In this document: one piece after another, positions 26,110 through 36,600 of the stretch
Layout: each line of letters starts with the position of its first letter
Numbering within the stretch: position 1 is the stretch's first letter
Source of the DNA: Gemmiger sp.
GTDB taxonomy: Bacteria > Verrucomicrobiota > Kiritimatiellia > RFP12 > UBA1067
NCBI GenBank assembly: GCA_963626175.1
Contig: CAVFWY010000002.1
Coordinates: 1-41,069 of the forward strand
Length of the DNA stretch: 41,069 bases
Reading direction: 5' to 3'
Position numbers and translations under genes: made by a program
Notes under the pieces: generated by a model
The model's database searches: none
What the model was told of the DNA's origin: nothing
The model's input: only the letters and a program-made list of their open reading frames with translations

Positions 26110-27954
26110 ATGCGAACGAAAGGAATAATTGGTAGCCTGTGCGCGGTTCTCGCGTTGACGGGAGTGAGTGGCGAGGTACAGTTGCCGACGATGGGATGGT
26201 CGAGTTGGAATACCTATCGTGTCCACATTAACGAAGAATTGATCCGCAAGCAGGCCGATGCCCTGATTGACGGTGGGTTTGCCGCTGTAGGCTACCGCTA
26301 TGTCAACATTGATGACGGATGGTTTGGCGGGCGTGATGCGAACGGTCGTCACAAAACGAACCCGACACGCTTCCCGAACGGGCTTAAGCCACTTGTTGAC
26401 TACATCCATGCGAAGGGACTGAAGGCCGGTATCTATTCCGATGCTGGCGAAAATACCTGCGGAAGTATGTTCGACAACGATGTTTTGGGTATCAAGGTTG
26501 GTTTTTATGGTCATGATGCGCAGGATGCCGACTTCTTCTTCGATGAAATGGGCTTTGACTTCATCAAGATTGATTTTGGCGGCGGTACGCCCGAGGGAAA
26601 CGAGGCGCATATCTGGATGGACCCCAAGGAACGCTATACGGCCATCGCTCGGCAGATTGCGCGTGTTGCCAAGAAGACCGGGCGGGAGATTCGGATGAAT
26701 GTCTGCTGCTGGCGTTATCCCGGCGCGTGGGTGTCGGATGTCGCCGGATCTTGGCGCATCAGCGGAGATGTGGCCGCGACATGGGAGTCGGTCAAGGGCA
26801 TCATCGACAAGAACTCGTACTTCGCGCGATTCCAGAAACCGGGCCATTATAATGACATGGATATGCTTGAAGTCGGTCGAGGCCTGACGGAGGAAGAGGA
26901 TAAGACCCATTTCGGCATGTGGTGCATGATGGCTTCGCCCCTGCTGATAGGTTGCGACCTGACGACAATTAAGCCCGAGACGGCGGCATTGCTCAAGAAT
27001 ACCGATTTGATTTCAATCAATCAGGATCCGCTCGGCAGGCAGGCCGAGGTGTTTTCGCGCGATTGGAAATATGATATCCGCGTCTATGTGAAGCCGCTCG
27101 CACCCAAAAACTCGCGTAACATGGCAATTGCGCTCTATAACGGTGAGGATACGGAGCGGGAAATCACGGCGGAACTTGATGCAATCGGGTACGGACTTGC
27201 GGATGTCTCGGTCTACGACTGCTTTGAGCGCCGTCAACTTGCGCCCGCACGGAAGTCGTTGACGGTCAAGGTTCCACCTCATGGGACGCGCATTTTCAAA
27301 ACGGCACAAATGCCTGTTCAAATCGCCCTGACATTTGATGACGGGCTTTCGGAACACTTTTCGCTGGTGGCTTCACGTTTGGAGAAATATGGGTGGAAAG
27401 GACTTTTCAACATCATTACGGATCAGGTCGGCACCACGAATCACCTGTCATGGAGTGAGATTCGCGCTCTCAAGGCGCAGGGATTCGACATTGGCTCCCA
27501 TACGCTTTCGCACCCCAATCTTGCGAAGTTGATTTCCGAGGGAAAGACCAATGAAGTTGTTCGGCAGATTGTGGAGTCGCGTGATCGGATTAAGGAGGAA
27601 GTCGGAACGGCTCCAGTTTATCTGTGCCATCCGTTCATTGCGATGAATGAGGAAGTCAATCGTCTGTGCCGCGAAAACAAGATGATTCCCATGTCGAAGG
27701 ATCGCGTCTGTTTTGGCGAATCGGCGAAGCGCGGCAGTTGGAATAGTATTGGGGCCTCAATTCGTCGATGGTATCATGACGGCGTTCGGGCGAAAGATGT
27801 GCTTGTGCACGGCATCACACCCAGTGGCGGCGGATGGATGCCGTTTGAGAGCATTGAGGAATTTGACGATTTTCTCGCGCAAATCAAAGAATGTGTAGAT
27901 GCGGGATTGGTCGAGGTTGTCTCGTATTCGGACTTTCTGAAGGCTAATGGGTAG
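26110..27954 (+). CDS. GH27 alpha-galactosidase / alpha-N-acetylgalactosaminidase-like domain fused to a CE4 polysaccharide deacetylase domain
   Basis: The N-terminal part carries MGWSSWN, YVNIDDGW, GIYSDAGENTC and YNDMDMLEVG (GH27). From about nt 27310 the sequence reads IALTFDDG and GSHTLSHPN (CE4 motifs 1 and 2). The ATG at 26110 is preferred over the TTG at 26104. Confidence 0.8.
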   Translation: MRTKGIIGSLCAVLALTGVSGEVQLPTMGWSSWNTYRVHINEELIRKQADALIDGGFAAVGYRYVNIDDGWFGGRDANGRHKTNPTRFPNGLKPLVDYIHAKGLKAGIYSDAGENTCGSMFDNDVLGIKVGFYGHDAQDADFFFDEMGFDFIKIDFGGGTPEGNEAHIWMDPKERYTAIARQIARVAKKTGREIRMNVCCWRYPGAWVSDVAGSWRISGDVAATWESVKGIIDKNSYFARFQKPGHYNDMDMLEVGRGLTEEEDKTHFGMWCMMASPLLIGCDLTTIKPETAALLKNTDLISINQDPLGRQAEVFSRDWKYDIRVYVKPLAPKNSRNMAIALYNGEDTEREITAELDAIGYGLADVSVYDCFERRQLAPARKSLTVKVPPHGTRIFKTAQMPVQIALTFDDGLSEHFSLVASRLEKYGWKGLFNIITDQVGTTNHLSWSEIRALKAQGFDIGSHTLSHPNLAKLISEGKTNEVVRQIVESRDRIKEEVGTAPVYLCHPFIAMNEEVNRLCRENKMIPMSKDRVCFGESAKRGSWNSIGASIRRWYHDGVRAKDVLVHGITPSGGGWMPFESIEEFDDFLAQIKECVDAGLVEVVSYSDFLKANG

Positions 27955-27959
27955 AAGAT

Positions 27960-30900
27960 ATGCGGTTATTTTGGCTGATATTGGCTGTTCTAATGAGTGG
28001 CTGTGGCGTTGTTGCCGCCACAGCCGACGATGACGATGCTTTGTGGAATCTTTATCCGCGTACGCCTTGGGTTGGGGAATGTCGTGAAATCATACCGCTG
28101 ACGGGGCCGAATGGTCCGGACTGGAAGGCGACCTTCACCAAGCAGACGCAGGGTGAATTCACGCGGATGGCGAGTACGGCAAAGTGCTATCGTTGGATTG
28201 ACGGGGCGGTGGACGAGGCGACGTCCAAATGGTATCCGATTCGGCTGCCGCAAGCCAAGTATACGCCTGTCGGCGAACCGGGTACGCCGCGCTGGCGGAT
28301 GAACGACCTTGTCGTCGGGTATTATGAGACGACATTCAGCCTTTCCGAAAATCAGGCGGAGAGGTGTATCTCGCTGAACTTTGAGTATATCGGCGTTCAC
28401 TATCGGGTTTGGTTGAACGGTAAACTCGCGGTCTACAATCCGCAGAGTTCGGGACATCTTGAATCGCACGACATCACGCCCTTCGTGCAGAAGGGCGCAA
28501 ACACGCTTCGCATACAGGTTGCCCCGAAATGCGGGGAGGACGACAGTTGGGTGGAGTGGGTCTGGAATCACGCGCCACCGGGGATTTTGCGTCCCGTCTA
28601 TCTGGAGGTGCGAAACCCTGTTGCGATTGAGCGTGTTGTCGTCCGTACGACACTTGAGCCGCGCAAGGAGATGACGGTTCTCTTTTCCGTGACGAATGCA
28701 AGTAGCCGCGCTTTTTCGGGGCGTGTGGTGGCTGGCGGCAAAGGGGACGCGGCGGAACCGCCGATGTTCGAGGCGGAGGTCAATTTGCGTCCGGGTGAAG
28801 GCAAGACTGTTTCCGTCACGCATCCGTGGGGCGCTGCGGACTTGTGGAGTCCCGCCACACCGCGACTTTATCGTTTGGCGTCCACGCTTCAGGACAAGAC
28901 GGGTACGGTTGACCAGTATCGCGTACGGTTTGGCTTTCGTGAATTGAAGTGGAAGGGGACGAATCATCGGGCGGTCTTGAACGGTCATCCGTTCACCATG
29001 CTTCGTTCGACTTTCGGAACTTATTCCTACGATTCGACGAAGAATCGCGCTCATTTTGCCATGCTCCGCAAGCGCGGCTTTGTCGGCGAACGATTCTACA
29101 CGAGTGCGGAGCATATGGATTTGGCGCGCGTGGCGGATGATGCGGATGAGTTCGGCTTTCTTCTGACGACCTGCATCGGCAGTAGCAGTGGGGCAGGGGC
29201 AAAGACGGATGTCTTTTTCAAGCGGAATTGGCCGCGTCTGATCGGAAAGATGATGGATCAGTGCATGAATAATCCGTCCATCATCTGCTGGGGGCTTTCC
29301 AATGAGTTTGGTTATGTTTACGGTGGTTTCAACAACATGACGAATGCCGTCAGGCAGGGAGAGGTTGGCGAATGGGTGCAGAAAAAGGATCCGACACGCC
29401 CGTGGGTCTGCCATGGTGACGTGGAACTGCGTTGGGACAAGGAAGGCCCGATGCCGATTCGCTCGCTACACTACCCTTATCAACTCTCGTGGCATTCGCT
29501 TCCACAGGCCGGGCGGTGGTATGCGGACGGCAAAAATCCGTGGCAAGGGGCATTCACAAATGACAAGCCAGTTTCCGTATCGGAAGACATCTATCACGGA
29601 TTTCAGGATGTGCATACGCCGATGTCGAAGACTCCGTTCGGCGATCTGATTTACACGAAGGAGGGCTACATCGGAGCCTTGCGCTACTGTTTGCGGAGTC
29701 TCTGGGAGGGATATTGCCTCGGCGGAGTCGCGGGGTGGAATCCGTGGTGCGTTGATGAAAACATTGCGAAGAATCCCATCTTTGAGGAGGGCGAGTTCTC
29801 GCCGACAACCTCCTACTTGCTGATGCTCAAGGAGTTCCCTCGCAATGTGTGGGGCGGACGGCGGACGGATTACACGCTCGTCGCCTTCAACAAGTGGTTT
29901 GCGCCTGTGGAGGGAACGCTTTCGGCTGTTATTCGCATGAAGGGGAAAGTCATATCTGCGGCAGGGCCAATCGACCTTTCCCTTCCGAGTGGAGGCGAAC
30001 GCACCTTGCCCTTGCCGTTTGATGCACCCAAGGTCTCGCAGCCGACGGCGGCAGAATGGGTTCTGACATGGAAGGAGAAGTCGGGGCGTGTTCTCGCGAG
30101 GGAAACGATTGAACTTCAGGTCGTGCCGCGCCTTTCGTCCGCGAGACTCTCCATCCCCGATTCCGTTGCCGCCGTCTTGACGAAGACGAATTCGCCGTTG
30201 ATGCGAACCAAGTTTCCGCTGGGAGTCCATGCCCGTGTTGCCAGCGCACTTGCACGAAAGCCAGCCGCCGTTGTCGTGCATGGTCCGCTTCTCGCGCAGG
30301 ATGCCCAGTTGCTTGACGATTTTGCACGAAAAGGCGGACGCATCCTGCAGATTGAACCGGGGCGGATGGACTGGTGTCTCGTTGAATTGCCGCAGGACGA
30401 TTGGGGACGACCCCATGCCTTTGCATTTCGCCGCGATGAACGCAAGATGACATCTATTCCAGAGGCGACGATGCGCACGTGGTGGCCTGACGGCACCTTG
30501 GGTCGCACAACCTTTCGGAAGCCAATCGCCGAGGATTCGCGTGTCCTGTGGGATTCCGCGCAGGGGGATGGCGTTCGGTGGGCGGATGTCGCGTGGTTTT
30601 GGCGGGGAAAAGGCGGTTGGCTGATTTCGACCGTTCCCGCACTCGAACGGATCGCCGTCGAACCGATTGCCGCCCACTTCGTGCAGGCGCTTGTGGATGA
30701 ATTGGTCAATCCGGCGAGCCGCGCCCCTCAACGGAAGGTCGTTTTGATTGAGAACACGGCTTCAACCAATCAAGAGGCTGTCGCAACACTCTTCAGGCAG
30801 TTTGAGGCTTCGTTCACGACCATGAAAGTGCCGCAAAAACCCTTGTCGAAGACGGCATATGCAAAGTCGGTTTTTGTACTCGATGCGCACGGGGCGAGCC

Positions 30901-32117
30901 TTTCCGCCGTGCAGAAAGCGTTTGTGCGTGATGCATACGAACGGCGTGGGAGCGTCTTCCTAATTGACATGGGGAAGGATGAAGATGCCGCGTGGTTGGA
31001 TTTTCTTGGCATGGCGTGGGAACCATCGAAGGAGAAAGTCATGAAACTACGCAATCCAGACGAACCCGGCAGCCTGACCGAGGTTTCGACGGCGCGGCAC
31101 TTCTTCGTCCGAAAGGGAAATTCGGGCCTGATGGCGGGCATCAATAATGAAGACCTTTTCCTATTCGACCACGGAAAAATGCAGCAGATTGGCAATGATT
31201 GGATGGGCTTGGAGTCCTATCCGTTCATTGTGCCGTGGATGAAATGGACGGTTGGCGAACCCGTGAATGCGTATTTTGTGCCGTCTAAACCAACAACGGT
31301 GGTGCTGACCGAGCCGGGGGCAATCGGCATGAAGCACGAAAAGGGACGGGGACTCGTCGTGTTTTCAACTGTGTCGTTGACAAACAAGGACTATGGCGCG
31401 GCAAATCTCGACAAGATTTACACGGTCGTTCGTGCGATTCTCAACAATGCTGGGTGTGCGACGCGGCAGATGACGGATCCCGCGCACTTTACTCCGCTCG
31501 ATCTCACCTCGCTCGTCAATGCCGCGTCGTGGCGGAAGCCCGGCTTCAAGGGCGCGTGTTCGGGGGATGTGGAAGGTGGCGACTACCGCTATTTTCCGGT
31601 GAATCAGTGCGGATGGAGTCTTGCCTCCAACAATTATTGCCCGGTGGAGGAGTTTCCCAAAGTGCCGCTGAGTTATGACGGGGTCTCGTTCAAGTTTGTT
31701 GATCCGGCGGTAGCGGGCGGGCGAACCATCCTCTTCTCGTCGGAGGGCAACCCATCCTACGAAGTCAAACTGCCGCGCAAGATGAAGGTGAAAAAAGTCC
31801 ATTTCCTTGGTTTCAGCGTTTGGTTCAAAGGCCCGGCCTTCGTGTCGTTCGGTGCACAGGAAAAGAGAATTCCGATGGAGAAGGGCGTGCATTTTGACAA
31901 CTATCGGAACTTTGGAGGCTCGTTGGCGAACGGTAAACTCGTCTATTCGGGGGACTGGGATGTCTCGCCGAGCGAGCGAACGGCGAAGACGGCGCGGCAG
32001 AAGATGTGCGTGTTCCACTGGTCGATTGAGAATCCGAATCCTAATGAACCGATTGAGTCAATCATGTTGTCGGAAATGAAGAAACTTGGAATCTTCGCAA
32101 TCACCGTTGAAGATTAA
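27960..32117 (+). CDS. Large secreted GH2-like glycoside hydrolase (paralog B) with the same C-terminal module as paralog A
   Basis: It has a signal peptide. WSPATPRLY, RVRFGFRELKWKG, WGLSNEFG and PVSVSEDIYHG align with paralog A along the whole length, at roughly one third identity by eye. Confidence 0.8.
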   Translation: MRLFWLILAVLMSGCGVVAATADDDDALWNLYPRTPWVGECREIIPLTGPNGPDWKATFTKQTQGEFTRMASTAKCYRWIDGAVDEATSKWYPIRLPQAKYTPVGEPGTPRWRMNDLVVGYYETTFSLSENQAERCISLNFEYIGVHYRVWLNGKLAVYNPQSSGHLESHDITPFVQKGANTLRIQVAPKCGEDDSWVEWVWNHAPPGILRPVYLEVRNPVAIERVVVRTTLEPRKEMTVLFSVTNASSRAFSGRVVAGGKGDAAEPPMFEAEVNLRPGEGKTVSVTHPWGAADLWSPATPRLYRLASTLQDKTGTVDQYRVRFGFRELKWKGTNHRAVLNGHPFTMLRSTFGTYSYDSTKNRAHFAMLRKRGFVGERFYTSAEHMDLARVADDADEFGFLLTTCIGSSSGAGAKTDVFFKRNWPRLIGKMMDQCMNNPSIICWGLSNEFGYVYGGFNNMTNAVRQGEVGEWVQKKDPTRPWVCHGDVELRWDKEGPMPIRSLHYPYQLSWHSLPQAGRWYADGKNPWQGAFTNDKPVSVSEDIYHGFQDVHTPMSKTPFGDLIYTKEGYIGALRYCLRSLWEGYCLGGVAGWNPWCVDENIAKNPIFEEGEFSPTTSYLLMLKEFPRNVWGGRRTDYTLVAFNKWFAPVEGTLSAVIRMKGKVISAAGPIDLSLPSGGERTLPLPFDAPKVSQPTAAEWVLTWKEKSGRVLARETIELQVVPRLSSARLSIPDSVAAVLTKTNSPLMRTKFPLGVHARVASALARKPAAVVVHGPLLAQDAQLLDDFARKGGRILQIEPGRMDWCLVELPQDDWGRPHAFAFRRDERKMTSIPEATMRTWWPDGTLGRTTFRKPIAEDSRVLWDSAQGDGVRWADVAWFWRGKGGWLISTVPALERIAVEPIAAHFVQALVDELVNPASRAPQRKVVLIENTASTNQEAVATLFRQFEASFTTMKVPQKPLSKTAYAKSVFVLDAHGASLSAVQKAFVRDAYERRGSVFLIDMGKDEDAAWLDFLGMAWEPSKEKVMKLRNPDEPGSLTEVSTARHFFVRKGNSGLMAGINNEDLFLFDHGKMQQIGNDWMGLESYPFIVPWMKWTVGEPVNAYFVPSKPTTVVLTEPGAIGMKHEKGRGLVVFSTVSLTNKDYGAANLDKIYTVVRAILNNAGCATRQMTDPAHFTPLDLTSLVNAASWRKPGFKGACSGDVEGGDYRYFPVNQCGWSLASNNYCPVEEFPKVPLSYDGVSFKFVDPAVAGGRTILFSSEGNPSYEVKLPRKMKVKKVHFLGFSVWFKGPAFVSFGAQEKRIPMEKGVHFDNYRNFGGSLANGKLVYSGDWDVSPSERTAKTARQKMCVFHWSIENPNPNEPIESIMLSEMKKLGIFAITVED

Positions 32118-32140
32118 AGGATATAAGGTAGACGAAGGAA

Positions 32141-33574
32141 ATGAAAATGGAGTCAACGAGGCGATCATTCTTGACGGGAACGCTGGGGGCGGGCATCTGT
32201 CTGACTGGAATAGGGCGGGCATTTCAGTCCGTGGCAGGGACGCAGTCGGGTGAAATCCCGAATTTGAAGGTCGGTATTTTGAGCGACATTCACATGAATT
32301 ATCAGCGCCTTGACGAGGAGGGCGAGTTGTTGCGACGGACGCTGATCTACTTCTCGGAACGCGGCGTAGATGCCGTGCTGATGGCGGGGGACTTGGCCGA
32401 TTCGGGTTATGTTGACGAACTGGAGAGGATCGGCGAGGTGTGGCGTACTGTTTTCCCCGATGACAAGGCTCCTGACGGTCGCGTCGTCACTAAGCTCTTC
32501 CTCTACGGCAATCACGATGCGCGTGGATTCGGGCGTGGTTCGTGTCCGTGGACGACCGAACGGAATCCTCGGTATATTGCGATGGATCGGGCGGGATGGT
32601 GGAAGCGTTGCTTTGATGAAGACTATGCGCCGATCTATGCCAAGACCGTGAAGGGCTACACCTTCATTTGCGGGCACTGGGATACGATTGCCGGTGTAGC
32701 TGCGATGCCGGAATTCATTGAAAAGATGCGTCCACAGTTGACGGGAACGAAGCCGTTCTTCTATGCGCAGCATCCGCATCCGAAGAATACCAACTCAGGT
32801 CCGTGGGCGTGGGGACACGATGACGGAACCTCGACGCGCATTCTTTCGTCCTTCCCAAATGCGGTGGCATTTTCAGGCCACTCCCATACATCCCTGACGG
32901 ATGAACGCGTGGTTTGGCAGGGTGAATTTACCTCGATTGGCACGAGTTCGCTCAGTTATGCGTCCATCGAATACGCCTATCGTGAAAATACATATGTCAC
33001 CGACACGCGGCACGATACCCGTCCGCCGCGCATGAAGCCGCTCGACACATGGGATGGGAAACAAGGACTGCTGATGTCCGTTTATGACGATCGAATCGTT
33101 TTGGAGCGGCACGACTTCCTTCACCGACTACGGCTTGGCGACGACTGGGTGATTCCCATCTCCGCGCCCCCCGTCGGCGAATCTCCGTTTGACTTCAAGC
33201 GCCATGCCGCCGCGCGTACGGCCCCGGCATTCGCGGCGGATGCGGCGGTGGCGGTCAGGGCGGATGCGGCGGAAAAGGCTTGGGTCGTCACATTCCCCGG
33301 TGCGCACGGACGGAACGGTTGCCGCGTCTTTGAGTATGAGGTGACGGCGGTCGGGGTGCAGGAGGATGTGGAGATGGTTCTTGCCCAACGGCGGGTGCTC
33401 GCTGTGGATTTTCATCTTCCGGAAAGCAAGACTCCGCCAGCCGGGTCTTGCATTTTCGCTTGGGAGGACATGACGAATACGATGCCGGTTCGGTTTGAGG
33501 TCCGTCCGATGGAATGTTTTGGGCGAAAAGGCGCGGCTATTGTCTCGTCGGTTGTTCTGAGACCCATCACTTGA
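32141..33574 (+). CDS. Calcineurin-like metallophosphoesterase with a Tat-type signal
   Basis: TRRSFLTGTLGAG is a twin-arginine signal. GILSDIHMN, MAGDLADSG, YGNHD, CGHWD and SGHSH are metallophosphoesterase metal-ligand motifs. Confidence 0.8.
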   Translation: MKMESTRRSFLTGTLGAGICLTGIGRAFQSVAGTQSGEIPNLKVGILSDIHMNYQRLDEEGELLRRTLIYFSERGVDAVLMAGDLADSGYVDELERIGEVWRTVFPDDKAPDGRVVTKLFLYGNHDARGFGRGSCPWTTERNPRYIAMDRAGWWKRCFDEDYAPIYAKTVKGYTFICGHWDTIAGVAAMPEFIEKMRPQLTGTKPFFYAQHPHPKNTNSGPWAWGHDDGTSTRILSSFPNAVAFSGHSHTSLTDERVVWQGEFTSIGTSSLSYASIEYAYRENTYVTDTRHDTRPPRMKPLDTWDGKQGLLMSVYDDRIVLERHDFLHRLRLGDDWVIPISAPPVGESPFDFKRHAAARTAPAFAADAAVAVRADAAEKAWVVTFPGAHGRNGCRVFEYEVTAVGVQEDVEMVLAQRRVLAVDFHLPESKTPPAGSCIFAWEDMTNTMPVRFEVRPMECFGRKGAAIVSSVVLRPIT

Positions 33575-33622
33575 ACTGAATGCCGATAAAATGATAGAAT
33601 GTGCACACAAAACAGGAGGAAA

Positions 33623-36600
33623 ATGATTAAGAAATTGATTGTGGCGGCTTTACTATCCGCATGGGGCGGCTGGATGGGGGTGTTGCGTGCGTATGGCGGC
33701 GACGAGTCCGTGCATCTCGAATGCGAGGCTTTCGAGTCGTGGGGCGGCTGGGTGAACGATACGCAGTTCATGGATCAGATGGGGTCTCCCTATCTGCTTG
33801 CGCATGGGCTGGGACGGCCCGTCGAAAATGCGCGGACGACATTTTCGGTTGGTCGAGAGGGGGATTATTTCGTCACCGCCCGCACGAAGAACTGGACGGC
33901 CCCATGGTCGAAAATCGCGGCGGGACGCTTCCGCATTCTCGTGGACGGCAATTCGCTGCCGAACGAACTTGGCGTGACGGGAAAGGGCGAATGGACGGTC
34001 GAGTCAGCGGGGAAGGTCTCACTCTCGAAGGGGGTGCATACGATTGAATTGCAGGATCTGACCGGATTTGACGGTCGGTGCGATTGGGTTGAAATCAAGA
34101 GCAACCCATCGGCAGTTGTCCCTTGCGCTAAGGCAGAAGTTGCCTATTCGACGAATGATCTTGTGGTTGTCGGGGGCGGTATTGCGGGCATCACAGCGGC
34201 AATTTCGGCGGCACGGCTTGGACTGAATGTGGCACTTGTGCAGGATCGTCCCGTCCTCGGCGGCAACAACTCAAGTGAAGTTCGCGTCCATTTGGGAGGG
34301 TGGCAGAATAAGGCCCCGTATCCGCGTCTCGGCGATATCGTGGCGGAGATTGGTCCGAAGGCGGGCGGAAATGCTCAGCCCGGCGAGGTCTACGAGGATG
34401 ACCGCAAATTGGCCGTCGTGCAGGCCGAAAAGAACATTTCCCTCTACCTGAACACACGGGCCAATGCGGTTGAAATGTCGGAGGATGGGGGTATTGCGTC
34501 CGTTTCGGGCGTGGATACGCGCACGGGAAAGCGGACGGTTTTCTCCGGTCGGTGGTTTGTGGATGCGACGGGAGATGGCACGATTGGCTTTCTCGCCGGG
34601 GCAGACTACCGTATGGGGCGCGAGGCGAAGTCCGAGACGGGCGAGGCGTGGGCTCCCGAAAAGGCGGACGGGATGACGATGGGCGCGAGCGTGCAGTGGT
34701 ACGCCGCCGGAACGAAGGATGGAATCGTTGACCGATTCCCATTCGAGCCGTGGATGATTCGTTTTTCGGACGAGAATGCCTATCTTGGTCTGTGCGGCGA
34801 CTGGTACTGGGAGACGGGATTCGGTCGCGACCAAGTCGCGGAGGCGGAATTCATTCGCGACTACGGGCTGCTCGTGGCGTTTTCCAACTGGGCGTTTGCC
34901 AAGAATTCTTCCCAAAAGCGGGAATATCTTGCGACAAATGAGTTGAAGTGGGTCGCCTACAATGCCGGACGGCGTGAGTCGCGGCGGTTGCTTGGCGATT
35001 ATGTGCTGAGCGAGAATGATTTCGATGCTCGGACGGTTTTCCCGGACGGGACTTGTGCGACGACATGGACGCTTGACTTGCACTGGCCGATGCCTGCGAA
35101 GGAAACGAATTACGACGGTGAGCCGTTTTGCAGCGATTCGCGCAACAAGACCATCTGGCCGATGGCGATTCCCTACCGTTGCTACTACTCGCGCAATGTC
35201 CCCAACCTCTTCATGGCGGGGCGGGATATTTCCGTGACGCACATCGCCCTTGGTACGACGCGCGTGATGCGAACGCACGGCATGATGGGTGAGGTCGTGG
35301 GTATGGCGGCGGCGTTGTGCAAGAAGCACGACTGCCAACCGCGGCGGATTTATGAACGGTATTTGGACGAATTGAAGGATTTGATGAGGAAAGGCGTAGG
35401 GGATGGGCGTGGACACCCTGTCCAGATGTACAACATCCAAACGTCGTTAGATCCTGATTTTGTTCCTTCACAGGCGGCGAATGAGCAGATTTTGACCCGA
35501 AACGGCACTGATGACGGCGAAGGATGCGTCATCTCCCTCGCCGGGGAATGGCGGTTTGCGCTCGGCGAGACGAATGCGCTGACGGGTACGATTCTCCTGC
35601 CGACGACAACGGATATCGCCCGAAAGGGGGATGGAAAGATTGACGGGCAGAGCGTGGAGCGCATCCACCCCCAGTTGATTGGTGCAGAGATGGCGCAGTC
35701 GCTGACGATGCACCCGACGCGCCGTCATCCGTTTGTTGGTGTGGCCCAGTATGAGAGGACAATAGAGATTCCCGAATCGTGGGTGGGGAAGCGTATCACG
35801 CTCTTCCTTGAACGCACGAAGATTGTGCGGGCGTTCTTGGACGGTGATTGCCTCGGCCGGTGCGATACGCTTGCCACGCCAGCCGTCTTTGAACTGCCGC
35901 GCACGGTAAAACCGGGTCGCCATGTCCTCCGTCTGGAGGTGGATAATCGGCTGGATTCTCTGCCCGTTTCGGGTCACCAGGTCTCGGAGGATACGCAAAC
36001 GAACTGGAACGGCGTGATGGGACGCATCGAACTCCACGCCGAAAGTTTGCCGCGTTTCGGACGCATCCGCCTTTTCCCCAAGCCGTCGAATCGGACGGTC
36101 GATGTGGAGGCGGAGGTCATCACCTCGGATGGCGTTTCGACCAACCGCCAGACGATTGCCCTCGCGAAGGATGCCGCGCTCATGAGCGAATTCACCCCCG
36201 TCTTGCATGAGATTGATGTTCGGGTTGGGAATCTGACGCGCAAGATGAAAGTCGGGTTGCGCGAGTTCCGCACGAAAGGGACGCAGTTCACGGTCAATGG
36301 CCGTCCGACGTTCCTGCGCGGACGGCACGATGCGTGCGTGTGGCCGCTCACGGGCGCCGCGCCGATGGATGTTGGGTCGTGGCGGGAGTACTTCCGTACG
36401 CTGAAGGACTACGGACTCAACCACGTGCGTTTCCACTCGTGGTGTCCGCCCGAAGCGGCGTTCGTCGCGGCGGATGAGTTCGGCTTTTACCTTCAGCCCG
36501 AACTGCCGTTCTTTGGCGGTGACTGGACGAAGCCGGAGGTTCGCGACTACGCTCTTGCCGAGGCGCAACGAATACTGGATGCCTACGGAAATCATCCATC

